Shown in pieces: positions 1 to 9,773 of a stretch of DNA of 64,000 nt. The notes beneath the pieces are model-generated. The model was not told where the DNA came from. It ran no database searches and saw only the letters and a program-made list of their open reading frames with translations. The translations under genes were made by a program, and so were the position numbers. Within the stretch, counting starts at the first letter, position 1, and each line of letters begins with the position of its first letter. This DNA is from Verrucomicrobiota bacterium (GTDB taxonomy: Bacteria; Verrucomicrobiota; Verrucomicrobiia; Limisphaerales; SXQI01), in NCBI GenBank assembly GCA_033762115.1, contig JANRLX010000022.1, positions 1 through 64,000 on the forward strand. Reading direction: 5' to 3'.

Positions 1-200
1 CGCCCCCCCATCGGGACTTTCACTGTATAATTCGCCGCCTTCAGTGGAAATTTTTCTCGAATCCCCCGGTACAACGGCGTGACAATCCCTGTTAAATTCC
101 CTTTTTTGGCAAGGCTCTTCCCCAGCGCTCCCACCATGTCCGCAAGCCCACCCGTTTTTGAAAAGGGATGAACCTCGCTACTGCCCAGGAGAACCTTCAT
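1..200 (-). CDS. glgA: Glycogen synthase, 5' part (runs off the left edge; not in the ORF track)
   Basis: Manual translation from ATG at 200: MKVLLGSSEVHPFSKTGGLADMVGALGKSLAKKG...IVTPLY, containing the KTGGL ADP-glucose-binding motif. Confidence 0.9.
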   Translation of the reverse strand, partial: MKVLLGSSEVHPFSKTGGLADMVGALGKSLAKKGNLTGIVTPLYRGIREKFPLKAANYTVKVPMGG

Positions 201-212
201 CAAGTCTGGGGG

Positions 213-1511
213 TTACCGAATAACATCCGCTTTCAGGTAAGGTCGAAGAACCTCTGGAACCAGAATGCTTCCGTCGCTCTGCTGATGCGTCTCCACCAAC
301 GCCACAAACAAACGCGCCAGCGCCGTCCCGCTTCCGTTCAGGATATGCGGAAAACGGTTCTCTCCCGTCTCCGTTTTAAATCGCATGTTCATCCGTCGCG
401 CCTGGAAATCTTCACAATTCGAGCAACTCGAAACTTCCAGGAACTGTCTCTGTCCCGGCGCCCATACTTCAATGTCATACGTCTTCGCGCTCGCGAAACC
501 CATGTCCCCGGTGCACAAATTGATCACATGGTAATGCAGGCCCAGCAACTGCAGCACCTTTTCCGCATTGGCCACCATCTTTTCCAACTCCTCATAACCC
601 TCCTCCGGCCGCACGATCTTGATCAGTTCCACCTTGTCGAACTGATGCACCCGGATCATCCCCCGTGTCCCCACTCCCGCCGCACCGGCTTCCGCCCGGA
701 AACAGGGGCTGTACGCACAATACAATATCGGCAGCTGCGACTCCTTTAAAATTTCCTCACGATGAATGTTCGCCACTGGCGCTTCCGCAGTCGGCAACAG
801 GTACAGCTTCCCCAGCGTCGATCCATCCTCCCCCTCCTGCACCGCATACGCCTGGTCCATGAATTTCGGGAACTGTCCCACACCCACCATGCACTCACGC
901 CCGATGATATATGGAGGAGACACTTCCGTGTAACCATGCTCATTCGTATGCAGCTCGAGCAAAAACTGGATCAACGCCCGTTCCAGTCGCGCCCCCCAGT
1001 TCGTGTAGAGCAGGAAACCGCTCCCGGAAAGTTTAGCCCCCCTCGTAAAATCAATCAGCTTCAGGCTCTCGCACAATTCAATATGGCTTTTCGGATTGAA
1101 GCTGAACTCCGGTTTCGTGCCATGAGTTCGTATCACCGGGTTATCTTCCGCGCTCCTGCCCAAGGCCACGCTTCCATGCGGCAGGTTCGGCAACCGCAGC
1201 AGGATCTCCTCCCGCGCCGATTCCACTTCCGCCACCACCCGGTCAAGTTCCGCGATCCGTTCCCCAATCTGCCGCGTCTCTGCTTTTTTCCCCTCCGCCT
1301 CTTCCAGCTTCTTCTGCCCCATCAACGCCCCGATCTCTTTGGACACCTTGTTCCGCTGCGATTTTAATCCCTCCACCTCTGTCAGTAATGACCGCCGTTT
1401 CTCATCCAGTGAAAGCAATTCATCCACCCGCGCTTCATCTCCTGCGCCGCGTGTCGCCAATCGTTCCCGCACCATAGCGGGCTGTTCCCTGATCACCTTG
1501 ATGTCCAGCAT
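213..1511 (-). CDS. serS: Seryl-tRNA synthetase
   Basis: [10 protein letters not shown]-terminus with coiled-coil arm; [43 protein letters not shown]. Confidence 0.98.
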   Translation of the reverse strand: MLDIKVIREQPAMVRERLATRGAGDEARVDELLSLDEKRRSLLTEVEGLKSQRNKVSKEIGALMGQKKLEEAEGKKAETRQIGERIAELDRVVAEVESAREEILLRLPNLPHGSVALGRSAEDNPVIRTHGTKPEFSFNPKSHIELCESLKLIDFTRGAKLSGSGFLLYTNWGARLERALIQFLLELHTNEHGYTEVSPPYIIGRECMVGVGQFPKFMDQAYAVQEGEDGSTLGKLYLLPTAEAPVANIHREEILKESQLPILYCAYSPCFRAEAGAAGVGTRGMIRVHQFDKVELIKIVRPEEGYEELEKMVANAEKVLQLLGLHYHVINLCTGDMGFASAKTYDIEVWAPGQRQFLEVSSCSNCEDFQARRMNMRFKTETGENRFPHILNGSGTALARLFVALVETHQQSDGSILVPEVLRPYLKADVIR

Positions 1512-1519
1512 GCGCGCGC

Positions 1520-1548
1520 ATACTACGAATCGCCACCCTTCCCCTCAA
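1520..1548 (-). promoter_or_regulatory. Putative sigma70 promoter of serS (leaderless geometry)
   Basis: Minus strand TTGAGG-N17-TAGTAT, 8 nt before the ATG. Confidence 0.55.
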
Positions 1549-1663
1549 GAGGCGAATCACTGACTCCTTTCTCAGGCCAGCGCAACCCTGTGCGTTAAAA
1601 TGCACAGTTGCCGAAACAACAGTCTTTTGCCATCCTCGCCTCATCCCAAACAAGGACTTGCTT

Positions 1664-2467
1664 ATGAAGTCTCATCATCATTCCCAACGCCTCCCTCCCC
1701 GCGCTTTCACACTCATCGAGTTGCTCGTTGTCATTGCCATTATTGCAATCCTCGCTGGAATGCTTCTTCCTGCCCTTTCCAAGGCCAAAGCCAAGGCAGG
1801 CACCACCCGCTGCATTAATAATCTCGGCCAAATGACCCTCGCTTGGCTTATGTACAAGGATGATTATGATGATCGCCTCGTCCCCAACTGGCTCGCCCAT
1901 AAAAGCGCCTGGATTCAAGGGGATGTGATTTCGATTCCAAATGCCACAAACCTCACCTTTATCAAGCAGGGCTCACTCTTCCCTTATAATAAATCCGTCG
2001 ATATCTATCGCTGCCCCAGCGACACCCCCCTTCGTGTCGGGGGCAAAACCTACATCCGCGCCCGAAGCTGGGCCTTGTCAGGCCAGATGGGCGGAGCCAA
2101 TGCGCAGGATCAACAACTTTACGGCGCATCCGATACCAGTTGGGTGCAGGGCTCCAAATACCCTCAAAATAGAAAATACAGCGATATCATCGCTCCTCCT
2201 CCGGTCGGCGCGATGGTTTTCATCCATGAAAGCCCCATCACAATCGATGATGGCTATTTTGCCATCCCAGTCGATGGCACCATCTGGCAAAACATTCCTG
2301 CAAGCGTTCACGGCAATGCAGGCACCCTTTCCTTTGCCGATGGTCACGCGGAAGTTTGGAGATGGCTGGATCCCAGGACCTCAAAATTGAATATGCCCAA
2401 TCAACCCGAAGGTGCCCCCAATCGCGACCTTCGCAGGCTTAAAGACGCCATCGCCACCAAAAAATAA
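1664..2467 (+). CDS. Prepilin-type N-terminal cleavage/methylation protein with H-X9-DG motif (PVC-type pseudopilin-like)
   Basis: [29 protein letters not shown]...C.NNL.Q; C-terminal [13 protein letters not shown]. Confidence 0.92.
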   Translation: MKSHHHSQRLPPRAFTLIELLVVIAIIAILAGMLLPALSKAKAKAGTTRCINNLGQMTLAWLMYKDDYDDRLVPNWLAHKSAWIQGDVISIPNATNLTFIKQGSLFPYNKSVDIYRCPSDTPLRVGGKTYIRARSWALSGQMGGANAQDQQLYGASDTSWVQGSKYPQNRKYSDIIAPPPVGAMVFIHESPITIDDGYFAIPVDGTIWQNIPASVHGNAGTLSFADGHAEVWRWLDPRTSKLNMPNQPEGAPNRDLRRLKDAIATKK

Positions 2468-2471
2468 CACT

Positions 2472-3464
2472 CTAAAAATGGAACTGCATCGTCACTGACA
2501 AAAAAGCCTCGTCATTGACCTGTGCCTTGAATTCCCGCGTTCTCTTCACCAGCGAGACCACCCCTTCCACCCCTTTGTAACGCACCGCTCCGCCCACCCG
2601 GAAATCAGCCACCAACAACTCCCGGTCCACGCTATGGCTGCTCTCGAATGTGTTCCCGTCCAGAAAAAGGTTCCTTCCCACCACCCGCCCATCCGCTCCC
2701 AGAAACCCGTAGAACGACCAGTCAGCGTCATTCGCTGACGGATGAGTCGAAAAGCTTTCCATTGGCGAAATCGTGTACTCCCGCGGAAGGTTGTAGCCAA
2801 ACCGGAACAAACTCCCCACCTCTCCATAAACATAAATATTCCCCAGCGCCACCTTTCCGTGCGGCACAATGTCCAATCCCCAAAAATCTGACGTTTCAAA
2901 ACGAAACTGCAAACTCCGGTTCAAAAAAAGCTGCACCGCCGGCTCACTCTCCAACTGGTTGTCCCAGCCCTTCGGATCAATGTAATCCACAGTGTCATGC
3001 CACCACTGTTGCGTCTCCTCTCCAAGCGCCTCCGGTCCCACCACACCGACATCCAGCTCCAGTTCATCCATCACCCCCACCGATTCACGCAACTGCCCTG
3101 ACCGCCGCAAAATCAAGCTCCCATGCATCCATGCCCCGTACGGCCGATCATTCACGATCAACGCCCTCGCTCGTAAATTAGCTGGGGTATACAACTCCTG
3201 CCCCAGGGCACCACCAATCCGCATGCTGCTGATTTCCATTCCAACGTTCGGCAAATGCGACAAACCCTTCACCGCCCACGAGGGCAGTTCGTTCGGGCGA
3301 TGCATATATTGCATCCGCATTCCATGCGTGTAATACCGGTCAGTCCCCAAAAAAGAATCGTTCTCAATGGTGATTGATAAGGTGCTTCGATCACGCTCTT
3401 CAGCAGACAGCAATAATGCGGAACCAAGGATACAGACGGTTTTTGCTAAACTCTTCACGTACAA
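2472..3464 (-). CDS. LpxR/DUF2219-family outer-membrane beta-barrel (lipid A 3'-O-deacylase-like)
   Basis: Signal peptide; ENDSF..TDRYYTHG, GQELYTP, DRPYGAW, PKGWDNQL, NLFLDGNTF; C-terminal Phe. Confidence 0.85.
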   Translation of the reverse strand: MYVKSLAKTVCILGSALLLSAEERDRSTLSITIENDSFLGTDRYYTHGMRMQYMHRPNELPSWAVKGLSHLPNVGMEISSMRIGGALGQELYTPANLRARALIVNDRPYGAWMHGSLILRRSGQLRESVGVMDELELDVGVVGPEALGEETQQWWHDTVDYIDPKGWDNQLESEPAVQLFLNRSLQFRFETSDFWGLDIVPHGKVALGNIYVYGEVGSLFRFGYNLPREYTISPMESFSTHPSANDADWSFYGFLGADGRVVGRNLFLDGNTFESSHSVDRELLVADFRVGGAVRYKGVEGVVSLVKRTREFKAQVNDEAFLSVTMQFHF

Positions 3465-3500
3465 GGAGGCCTAGGGGATTCCCTTATTGCCTTACCGGTG

Positions 3501-3529
3501 AATCTATTAAGAGACACTCCCTTTGTCAA
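3501..3529 (-). promoter_or_regulatory. Putative sigma70 promoter of the LpxR-like gene
   Basis: Minus strand TTGACA-N17-TAGATT. Confidence 0.65.
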
Positions 3530-3638
3530 TTCCCACTCCCCCCCCTTCAGAAAACTTTAATTCAGCACGATTAAAATACTTGTTGACTTCACTTAATAAA
3601 GTTGTTTTTTATGAACACATCACAAAGTGAATGCTACT

Positions 3639-4079
3639 ATGAATACTCAACCCTCCCGCAACGATCAGGCCATCAACCAAGTCCGCGACCTGCTCCAATC
3701 CCACCTCTCCTCCACCAACCCCTCCAGCCTCGACAATCTCGAACGTTGCGTTCGCCTGCTGGAGCGATTGGTCAAACTCAGCCTCGCCGAACGCAGATTG
3801 CTCCTGGCCGAGGAAAGGGTGCGGCTCGCCAAACGGAAACAGGATTTCGCTGAGAAGAAACAGTCACTCACTGGAACTGCTCAAAAACAACAACCGGAAA
3901 ACATAATCCCCGCCATAAAAGGGAATTCCGGGAAAGGAATTCAAACATCAATTCCACTTTCAGCATCTTTGGAACAACTTGCTGGAAACATTCCAGATTT
4001 AATCCTTCACGCTTCTCCTGAAACAGGAATCAACGAGAATATTTCCAAAATCCTCCCCCAGCTCAAAAAAGCTGCATGA
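3639..4079 (+). CDS. Hypothetical protein (helical/coiled-coil N-half, low-complexity C-half)
   Basis: 146-aa ORF filling the gap between flanking genes, behind an AT-rich region with TTGACT at 3583-3588; no recognisable family. Confidence 0.6.
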   Translation: MNTQPSRNDQAINQVRDLLQSHLSSTNPSSLDNLERCVRLLERLVKLSLAERRLLLAEERVRLAKRKQDFAEKKQSLTGTAQKQQPENIIPAIKGNSGKGIQTSIPLSASLEQLAGNIPDLILHASPETGINENISKILPQLKKAA

Positions 4080-4115
4080 TCTTCCGCGTCAGTGCCCCCG
4101 GCCTCGTTCAAACGA

Positions 4116-4733
4116 TTAAAAACCGATATTGATTGGGACTCGGGTCTGTGGAGCAGCGGATTTATTTCGATCGCTCAGGCCGACGTACTCATCCGTCCTG
4201 GCAATCGTCACAACCATTTGTTTCAACCCGTTCGCAAACGTGAATTCCGAGGCGGACGTCCAGCTGCTTTCGAACGATTTCGCCACTTTTTTCGCGATTT
4301 TTGCAAGATCCCGCTCGCACCCAACCGTTCGTGAGAGATAAACACGGTTATTGAAATCCAGGTACGACTCGGTTTCCTCAATATAACAGATCACATGAGT
4401 GATCCCCGGCATCCGCACCGCGATCAGTCGTGGGGTATAACCCCGTTCTCCAAGGATTTGCGCTGCCAGGATCGCATAATCATCGCAATCCCCCATTTCC
4501 GTTGCCAGGAACACTTCAGGCGATTGCACCTCTTCAAACAGCCGATACTGGAATTGCGCGAATAATTTTGCAAATTTCCTTGGGGTCAGGTCTGACATCT
4601 TTCGCAACTCCTCCATGCTCAGGCTGTTCAAGGGGGAAGGCAGAAGCAGCGCCGTCAGAATAATCAAAGTCACACCCAGGCGGCGCAACGTTCCCGCTGC
4701 CACTCCCGCCAGCCTGTTTTCCTTGATGCTCAT
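4116..4733 (-). CDS. Exported transglutaminase-like cysteine-protease-fold protein
   Basis: Signal-like hydrophobic segment; GDCDDYA nucleophile motif, THVICY His, YLDFNN Asp. Confidence 0.75.
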   Translation of the reverse strand: MSIKENRLAGVAAGTLRRLGVTLIILTALLLPSPLNSLSMEELRKMSDLTPRKFAKLFAQFQYRLFEEVQSPEVFLATEMGDCDDYAILAAQILGERGYTPRLIAVRMPGITHVICYIEETESYLDFNNRVYLSRTVGCERDLAKIAKKVAKSFESSWTSASEFTFANGLKQMVVTIARTDEYVGLSDRNKSAAPQTRVPINIGF

Positions 4734-4841
4734 CCTTTTAACCTGAGAACGGTAAATCAGTTGCCTTTGAACGGTCTATTTTTTACGGTGCCCGCATGCG
4801 GATTGACCTGCCCCTCTGGTAAATCGGTGTCTGATCCTTTC

Positions 4842-5990
4842 ATGATAACCGAGATCGACAGCAATTCAGAAGCAACCCGTGCGCTTGAAAAAAAACTTCT
4901 CGCCTGGTTCGGTCTTTTGCTCGCCATTTCCATTGTCATGGTTGCCGCTGCCATTCGTAATACTTTTCAATCGGCAGAAAGCAGCGACTGGGTAAACCAT
5001 ACTCATGCGGTCATCCTGGAAAATGACGCGATTTTGTCCACCCTCCATGCCGCTGAGGCTGCCCAGCGCACCTTTCTTCTCACCGGCACTGCCCAAAGTC
5101 AGGCAGCTTACCGCGATTATTTCGCGCAAATGACTGAACACATTGATGTTGCGAAAACATTGTCCCGGGGCAATACGGCCCATTCCAACCGCCTCTCCCG
5201 GATCGAACAACTGATCGCCGAGCAGGTCGAAATTTCCCGCAGCAGCACCCTCGCCCGCCAGGAAACCGGGATCGATGCCGCCACCCAGGTTCTGACCAAT
5301 TCAAATCCTTTTGATCGGCTCACCGCCATTCGCCAGGAAATTGGCAGTCTCAAAGCAGAGGCCAACCGGATGCTTCAGGAACGTGAAACAAACCTCAACC
5401 GTGCCACCAGGAAAACCCATTGGATCCTTTATGGCGGCCTCGGCCTCAATTTCCTCCTCCTTATTTTTATTTTTGCCCTCATCCGGATCGACCTCCGCGT
5501 TCGACAAAAAGCGGCCTCCGCCCTTCAGCAACTCAACGAAAGCCTGGAGATCAAGGTGCGCGAACGGACCGCCGACCTCGCCAACGCCAATCGCGCCCTC
5601 GAACTGGAAAACCTCGAACAAAAATGGACGCAAGGCTCCCTCCGCCGTCTCCACAGCCATTACGAACTGATTTTTAATTCCATCGAAAATCCCATTTTCG
5701 TCGTCAGCCGCCTCGGCAATATCATCAATTTAAACAGCTCCGCCGCCCACCTTCTGAACAGTGAACATACAAAAGCCATAGGAAAACGAATCACCGAAAT
5801 CATTCTTTCCAATTCAAATGCCACTCCTCACCCACTTTTCCAGGCTGCCAGGGAAGGAAAAAAAGTGCCCGAGACCGCAGGCTTCTTGCGCGTGCCGGAT
5901 GGTTCACAGCGGCCCATTTCCTTTTCTGCCGACCCGGTTCATGACAATGAACGAACGGTCGCGGCGGTCGTTACCGTCTCGCTGAAGTAA
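4842..5990 (+). CDS. Membrane sensor: TM-CHASE3-TM-signalling helix-PAS, no output domain
   Basis: WVNHTHAVI...AEAAQRTFLLTG (CHASE3); LEIKVRERTADL (S-helix); IFNSIENPIFVVSRLGNIINLNSSA (PAS); stop directly after PAS. Confidence 0.85.
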   Translation: MITEIDSNSEATRALEKKLLAWFGLLLAISIVMVAAAIRNTFQSAESSDWVNHTHAVILENDAILSTLHAAEAAQRTFLLTGTAQSQAAYRDYFAQMTEHIDVAKTLSRGNTAHSNRLSRIEQLIAEQVEISRSSTLARQETGIDAATQVLTNSNPFDRLTAIRQEIGSLKAEANRMLQERETNLNRATRKTHWILYGGLGLNFLLLIFIFALIRIDLRVRQKAASALQQLNESLEIKVRERTADLANANRALELENLEQKWTQGSLRRLHSHYELIFNSIENPIFVVSRLGNIINLNSSAAHLLNSEHTKAIGKRITEIILSNSNATPHPLFQAAREGKKVPETAGFLRVPDGSQRPISFSADPVHDNERTVAAVVTVSLK

Positions 5991-5991
5991 T

Positions 5992-7095
5992 ATGTTTTAC
6001 CGGAACATTTTGCGTCCTGTCCTCTTTCGCCGGGATTCCGAGGAGATTCATGATTTCACACTCTCGCAACTCGGCTGGGTCAGTCGAAACCCACTGCTCC
6101 TCTCCACCCTGGAATCGTTCCTCAAACCCGCCCCCCTCCCGCTGGATTTATGGGGATTGCGTTTTCCCAACCCGGTTGGCCTCGCCGCCGGGATGGATAA
6201 ACATGCTGCCGCCCTTCCCGCCTGGTCCGCGATGGGATTCGGATTCTGCGAACTTGGCGGAGTCACCTGGCATCCACAACCGGGCAACCCCCGCCCGCGA
6301 ATGTTTCGCGCCCTGGCGGATGGAGCGTTGATCAATCGCATGGGGTTCAACAATAGCGGCGCGCTTGCCATGGCGGACACACTGGCGCACTGGAAGGAAA
6401 AGAAATTGTGGCCAGGTCACCCGGTGGGTGTGAACCTCGGGAAATCCAAAATCACCCCGCTCAACGAAGCTCCCCATGACTATACCGAAAGTTTCAAGGC
6501 GTTGCGGGATTGGGTGGATTTCTTTGTCGTCAATGTCAGTTCACCCAACACTCCCAACCTCAGGCAGTTGCAGGACAAGGAAGCGCTTCAGGAAATTCTT
6601 CATTCCATCCAGTCCCTCAATCTCGATGGGAAAAGGCCTCCCAAGCCGTTGCTTGTTAAAGTCGCCCCGGATCTTACCCCCACTGCCCTTGATGAAATTG
6701 CGGAACTGGTCTCCCCCTGCTCCCTTTCCGGGATTGTCGCCACCAACACAACCATCCATCGTCCGCCTGCCAGTGGCGCGAAGTTGCAACAAATTTATAC
6801 TGAAACTGGCGGTCTAAGCGGCAGGCCGCTCAAAAAACGCAGCACCGAAGTGGTCCGCCATTTATATCGCGCCACCGGCGGGAAGCTCCCGATTATCGGT
6901 GTGGGTGGTATTTTCAACGCGGAGGATGCCTGGGAAAAAATCACGGCGGGCGCTTCCCTTGTGCAGGTTTATTCCGGACTGGTCTACGAAGGTCCCCAGC
7001 TGGCCAGGCGGATTGTTGAGGGATTGAGCTTCCGTCTCGAACTGGAGGGATTGCCGACGCTCAACTCGGCTATTGGAATCGCGGCGGGCAAATGA
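5992..7095 (+). CDS. pyrD: Quinone-dependent dihydroorotate dehydrogenase (class 2)
   Basis: NPVGLAAGMDK, QPGNPRPRMFR, INRMGFNN, NVSSPNTPNLR, KVAPDL, GGLSG. Confidence 0.97.
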   Translation: MFYRNILRPVLFRRDSEEIHDFTLSQLGWVSRNPLLLSTLESFLKPAPLPLDLWGLRFPNPVGLAAGMDKHAAALPAWSAMGFGFCELGGVTWHPQPGNPRPRMFRALADGALINRMGFNNSGALAMADTLAHWKEKKLWPGHPVGVNLGKSKITPLNEAPHDYTESFKALRDWVDFFVVNVSSPNTPNLRQLQDKEALQEILHSIQSLNLDGKRPPKPLLVKVAPDLTPTALDEIAELVSPCSLSGIVATNTTIHRPPASGAKLQQIYTETGGLSGRPLKKRSTEVVRHLYRATGGKLPIIGVGGIFNAEDAWEKITAGASLVQVYSGLVYEGPQLARRIVEGLSFRLELEGLPTLNSAIGIAAGK

Positions 7096-7154
7096 TAAAA
7101 AAAATTGAAACCTGAAAGGCCGTTCCTGTGTTCCTACAGCGGGATACCATCATT

Positions 7155-8135
7155 ATGAATCAACTACCACTCTGCGCCACACTGTTACTCACAGCTGTCA
7201 TCAGCAGCTTCGCGGCACCAGCGGACACCACAGTCCGGAAAAGTTTCACCGTCGCTGAAGGCGGCACCTTGTCCATTGAGTCCAACCGTGGCTCGATCAA
7301 TGTGACCAGCACCGATGCGGACACGGTCGAGGTCGAAGTGCTTCGCACGGCGAAGAAAGGGTCTGACAGCGAAATTGAGAAACTGCTGGGCAATCATAAA
7401 CTTTCCATCGCCCAAAGCGGCAATGATGTGACCGTTCATTCTGATTTCCCGCAGCAAAAGTTCAGCATTTTAGGCAGCTCCCCCCAGGTCCACCTCACAT
7501 TCAATGTCAAAGTCCCGAAAAAGTACAACCTCAACCTCGAAACCGCCGGTGGCTCCATTTCAGTGCCGGAGATTCAGGGCGAAGTGGTGTCCCAGACGAG
7601 CGGCGGGAATCTTTCATTTGGAAAAATCACCGGCTCAATCCTCGGTGAAACTTCCGGCGGCAGCATCTCCATTCAATCCTGCAACGGCAAAGTCATTGCT
7701 GAAACTTCCGGCGGCAGTATCAAAATCGGGGAGGTGCAGGGAGATGTGACCAGCGAAACTTCCGGCGGATCAATCTCGATGAGCAAGGTCCAGGGAAACG
7801 TGGTTGCTGAAACCTCCGGCGGCGGGATCCAGATTGATGGAGTGACCGGCAGCGTTGTGGCCAGCACTTCCGGCGGCTCGATCAAGGCAAAGTTCCTTGA
7901 GCAACCGCCTGCTGACTGCACCCTGGAAACCTCCGGCGGTTCGATTGAAGTGCGCCTGATTGAGAGCGCAAAAATGACCATCAACGCGGAAACCTCCGGG
8001 GGAAAAATCCACACTGATTTTCCGGTCGGCCAGAAGTTGCAGGACCATCGCGAGCTTCACTCCGAGATCAATGGCGGAGGACCTGCGCTGAACCTGGAAA
8101 CTTCCGGCGGCAATATCCACATTAGCAAATTGTAA
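7155..8135 (+). CDS. DUF4097-type beta-strand repeat (adhesin-like) exported protein
   Basis: Signal peptide; about 10 (E/Q/S)T(S/A)GG repeats, core units at 18-aa period. Confidence 0.85.
   Translation: MNQLPLCATLLLTAVISSFAAPADTTVRKSFTVAEGGTLSIESNRGSINVTSTDADTVEVEVLRTAKKGSDSEIEKLLGNHKLSIAQSGNDVTVHSDFPQQKFSILGSSPQVHLTFNVKVPKKYNLNLETAGGSISVPEIQGEVVSQTSGGNLSFGKITGSILGETSGGSISIQSCNGKVIAETSGGSIKIGEVQGDVTSETSGGSISMSKVQGNVVAETSGGGIQIDGVTGSVVASTSGGSIKAKFLEQPPADCTLETSGGSIEVRLIESAKMTINAETSGGKIHTDFPVGQKLQDHRELHSEINGGGPALNLETSGGNIHISKL
7647..7877 (+). repeat. In-frame coding repeat, 54-nt period (GAAAC(T/C)TCCGGCGG)
   Basis: Units start at 7647, 7701, 7755 and 7809, with a degenerate unit at 7863; they encode ETSGG. 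Confidence 0.85.
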
Positions 8136-8167
8136 ATCAACGCGGCGCGATTACGATTCCTCCTGCT

Positions 8168-9034
8168 GTGCAGGAACCGCAATCGTCGAGCTGGGAAAAA
8201 CCGCAATTCAAGGGATGGACAAAACCGGGCCCAAAACCGCCCGGTTTACATTCTGGAGAACCGCGCCCTGAACCAGGCGAGACGCTCGATGCCATCAGCG
8301 GCTATTTCCGGATTTTCCAACTCGCAGAGGGTCACCGCTTTTCCACGGACGATGTGTTGACCGCCTGGTATGGCACCTCCTGCTGCCCCCGCGCGGAACG
8401 GGTCCTCGACCTGGGAAGCGGAATTGGTTCCGTTGGAATGATCGCGGCGTGGCGTCTGCCGGGAAGTCGCTTTGTCACCATTGAGGCACAGGTGGAGAGC
8501 GTGCGCCTGGCAAGAAAATCGGCCGCCTTTAACGGGCTGACAGATCGCTATGAAATCCGGCAGGGGGATTTCCGGGAGAATGCCTTGTTCCAGCCCAATG
8601 AACGGTTTGACCTGGTGCTGGGAAGCCCACCCTACTTTCCACTGGAAGCAGGGATCCATGGCGATCATGAGCAGAAGATTGCCTGCCGCTTCGAGGTGCG
8701 CGGAACGATCCATGATTATTGCTCGATCGCTGCGCAGCGGCTCGCCCCGGGGGGGGTGTTCGCCTGCATTTTTCCCGTTCGGGATGGTCAGATGGAGAGA
8801 GTCCTCTCTGCGTCAAAAAGCGCTGACCTGGCCATTGTCCGGAAGCGACCTGTGGCACTCAAGGAAGGGGAGGAACCACTCCTCGCGCTCTTCCTGATGA
8901 TGTCCCGAAATGATCTGCCTGGGGAGATGCGGGACATGACCTGGATGGAACCGCCTTTGGTGATCCGCAGGGTTGATGGGAGTGTGCATCCCGAATACCA
9001 GGTGATCAAACTTTCCTTTGGCTTTCCACCGTGA
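8168..9034 (+). CDS. SAM-dependent methyltransferase (tRNA1(Val) A37 N6-methylase-like)
   Basis: GHRFSTDDVL, VLDLGSGIG motif I, GSPPY (NPPY-like) motif IV. Confidence 0.8.
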   Translation: MQEPQSSSWEKPQFKGWTKPGPKPPGLHSGEPRPEPGETLDAISGYFRIFQLAEGHRFSTDDVLTAWYGTSCCPRAERVLDLGSGIGSVGMIAAWRLPGSRFVTIEAQVESVRLARKSAAFNGLTDRYEIRQGDFRENALFQPNERFDLVLGSPPYFPLEAGIHGDHEQKIACRFEVRGTIHDYCSIAAQRLAPGGVFACIFPVRDGQMERVLSASKSADLAIVRKRPVALKEGEEPLLALFLMMSRNDLPGEMRDMTWMEPPLVIRRVDGSVHPEYQVIKLSFGFPP

Positions 9035-9035
9035 A

Positions 9036-9221
9036 TCAAATCACTGGTTGCAATGCCGCGAGGGCACCCTTCATGCAATCCGGAGTGGGGCACAAGAGCA
9101 AAAGACGCTCTCCCGAAACAGTGTCCACCACAATCGAGTCCGCATTGACATAGATTTTTTGGACATCACTGCGATTGAGGGAAAGACCTGCGACCTGGAC
9201 CACTTCGTTTGAGTTTTGCAT
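9036..9221 (-). CDS. Small hypothetical protein (61 aa)
   Basis: MQNSNEVVQVAGLSLNRSDVQKIYV...; fills the gap between the terminator and the convergent methyltransferase. Confidence 0.5.
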   Translation of the reverse strand: MQNSNEVVQVAGLSLNRSDVQKIYVNADSIVVDTVSGERLLLLCPTPDCMKGALAALQPVI

Positions 9222-9274
9222 GAAGGAAGTTACCTTCCAAAAAGAAGTGAACAACCGGAATCGATCCTGAAGCC

Positions 9275-9297
9275 TGTTTCAGGGAAACCCTGAAACA
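9275..9297. repeat. Perfect 10-bp inverted repeat
   Basis: TGTTTCAGGG-AAA-CCCTGAAACA. Confidence 0.8.
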
Positions 9298-9324
9298 AAA
9301 ACCCCTGCCTTGCAGCAGGGGTTT
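9292..9324 (-). terminator. Intrinsic terminator downstream of rpsR
   Basis: Stem AAACCCCTGC/GCAGGGGTTT with 6-nt loop, running into TTTTTGTTT on the minus strand. Confidence 0.8.
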
Positions 9325-9341
9325 GAAGAAAAAAGAGGTGC

Positions 9342-9599
9342 TTATTTCATCAGCAACATCTGACGGGCACGCTTGACGGAGTTGTTCAGCGAACGTTGGT
9401 AATGGGCTGGCAGGCCGGTGTACTTGCGGGGCAGGATGCGCCCGGCATCGGTCACGAACTGGCGCAGCAGGTTGACGTTTTTGTAATCGAGAGCGTCCAC
9501 TGTGAAGTCGATTTTCGGCTTCGGACGTGGAGTGCGGACTTCGCTGGTGCGACGTCCACCGCGTTCATTGCGTTTCTCTGTATGGGTCTTGCGTGGCAT
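9342..9599 (-). CDS. rpsR: 30S ribosomal protein bS18 (cysteine-free form)
   Basis: LDYKNVNLLRQFVTDAGRILPRKYTG...QRSLNNSVKRARQMLL. Confidence 0.95.
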   Translation of the reverse strand: MPRKTHTEKRNERGGRRTSEVRTPRPKPKIDFTVDALDYKNVNLLRQFVTDAGRILPRKYTGLPAHYQRSLNNSVKRARQMLLMK

Positions 9600-9602
9600 A
9601 AA

Positions 9603-9770
9603 TTACTTGATTTCCCGGTGGAGGGTATGACGGCGGAGGAAAGGGTTGAACTTCATTTTTTCAACCTTTTCAGTCTGCAGTTTCTTGTTGCGGCTGGTCA
9701 TGTAGCGAGAAGGGGCCTTGCCTTCCTTGCGGGCTTCAGTGCATTCGATGGTTACAGTTTCACGCGGCAT
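9603..9770 (-). CDS. rpmG: 50S ribosomal protein bL33 (55 aa; below the ORF-track cutoff)
   Basis: Manual translation [55 protein letters not shown]; directly upstream of rpsR. Confidence 0.93.
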   Translation of the reverse strand: MPRETVTIECTEARKEGKAPSRYMTSRNKKLQTEKVEKMKFNPFLRRHTLHREIK

Positions 9771-9773
9771 AAA

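Noticed and set aside
3603..3617. TGTTT-TTTAT-GAACA as a Verrucomicrobia LexA box (TGTTC-N4-GAACA)
   Set aside because: Wrong spacer length and a mismatched half-site; no good match seen upstream of the repair genes either
7647..7877. Regularly spaced 14-15-nt repeats resembling a CRISPR array
   Set aside because: The 54-nt period is in frame, encodes ETSGG units of a DUF4097-type protein with synonymous variation, and no cas genes are present
8749..8756. G8 tract as a phase-variation site (also C8 near 48659)
   Set aside because: Short, reading frames are intact, and such runs are expected in GC-rich skewed sequence
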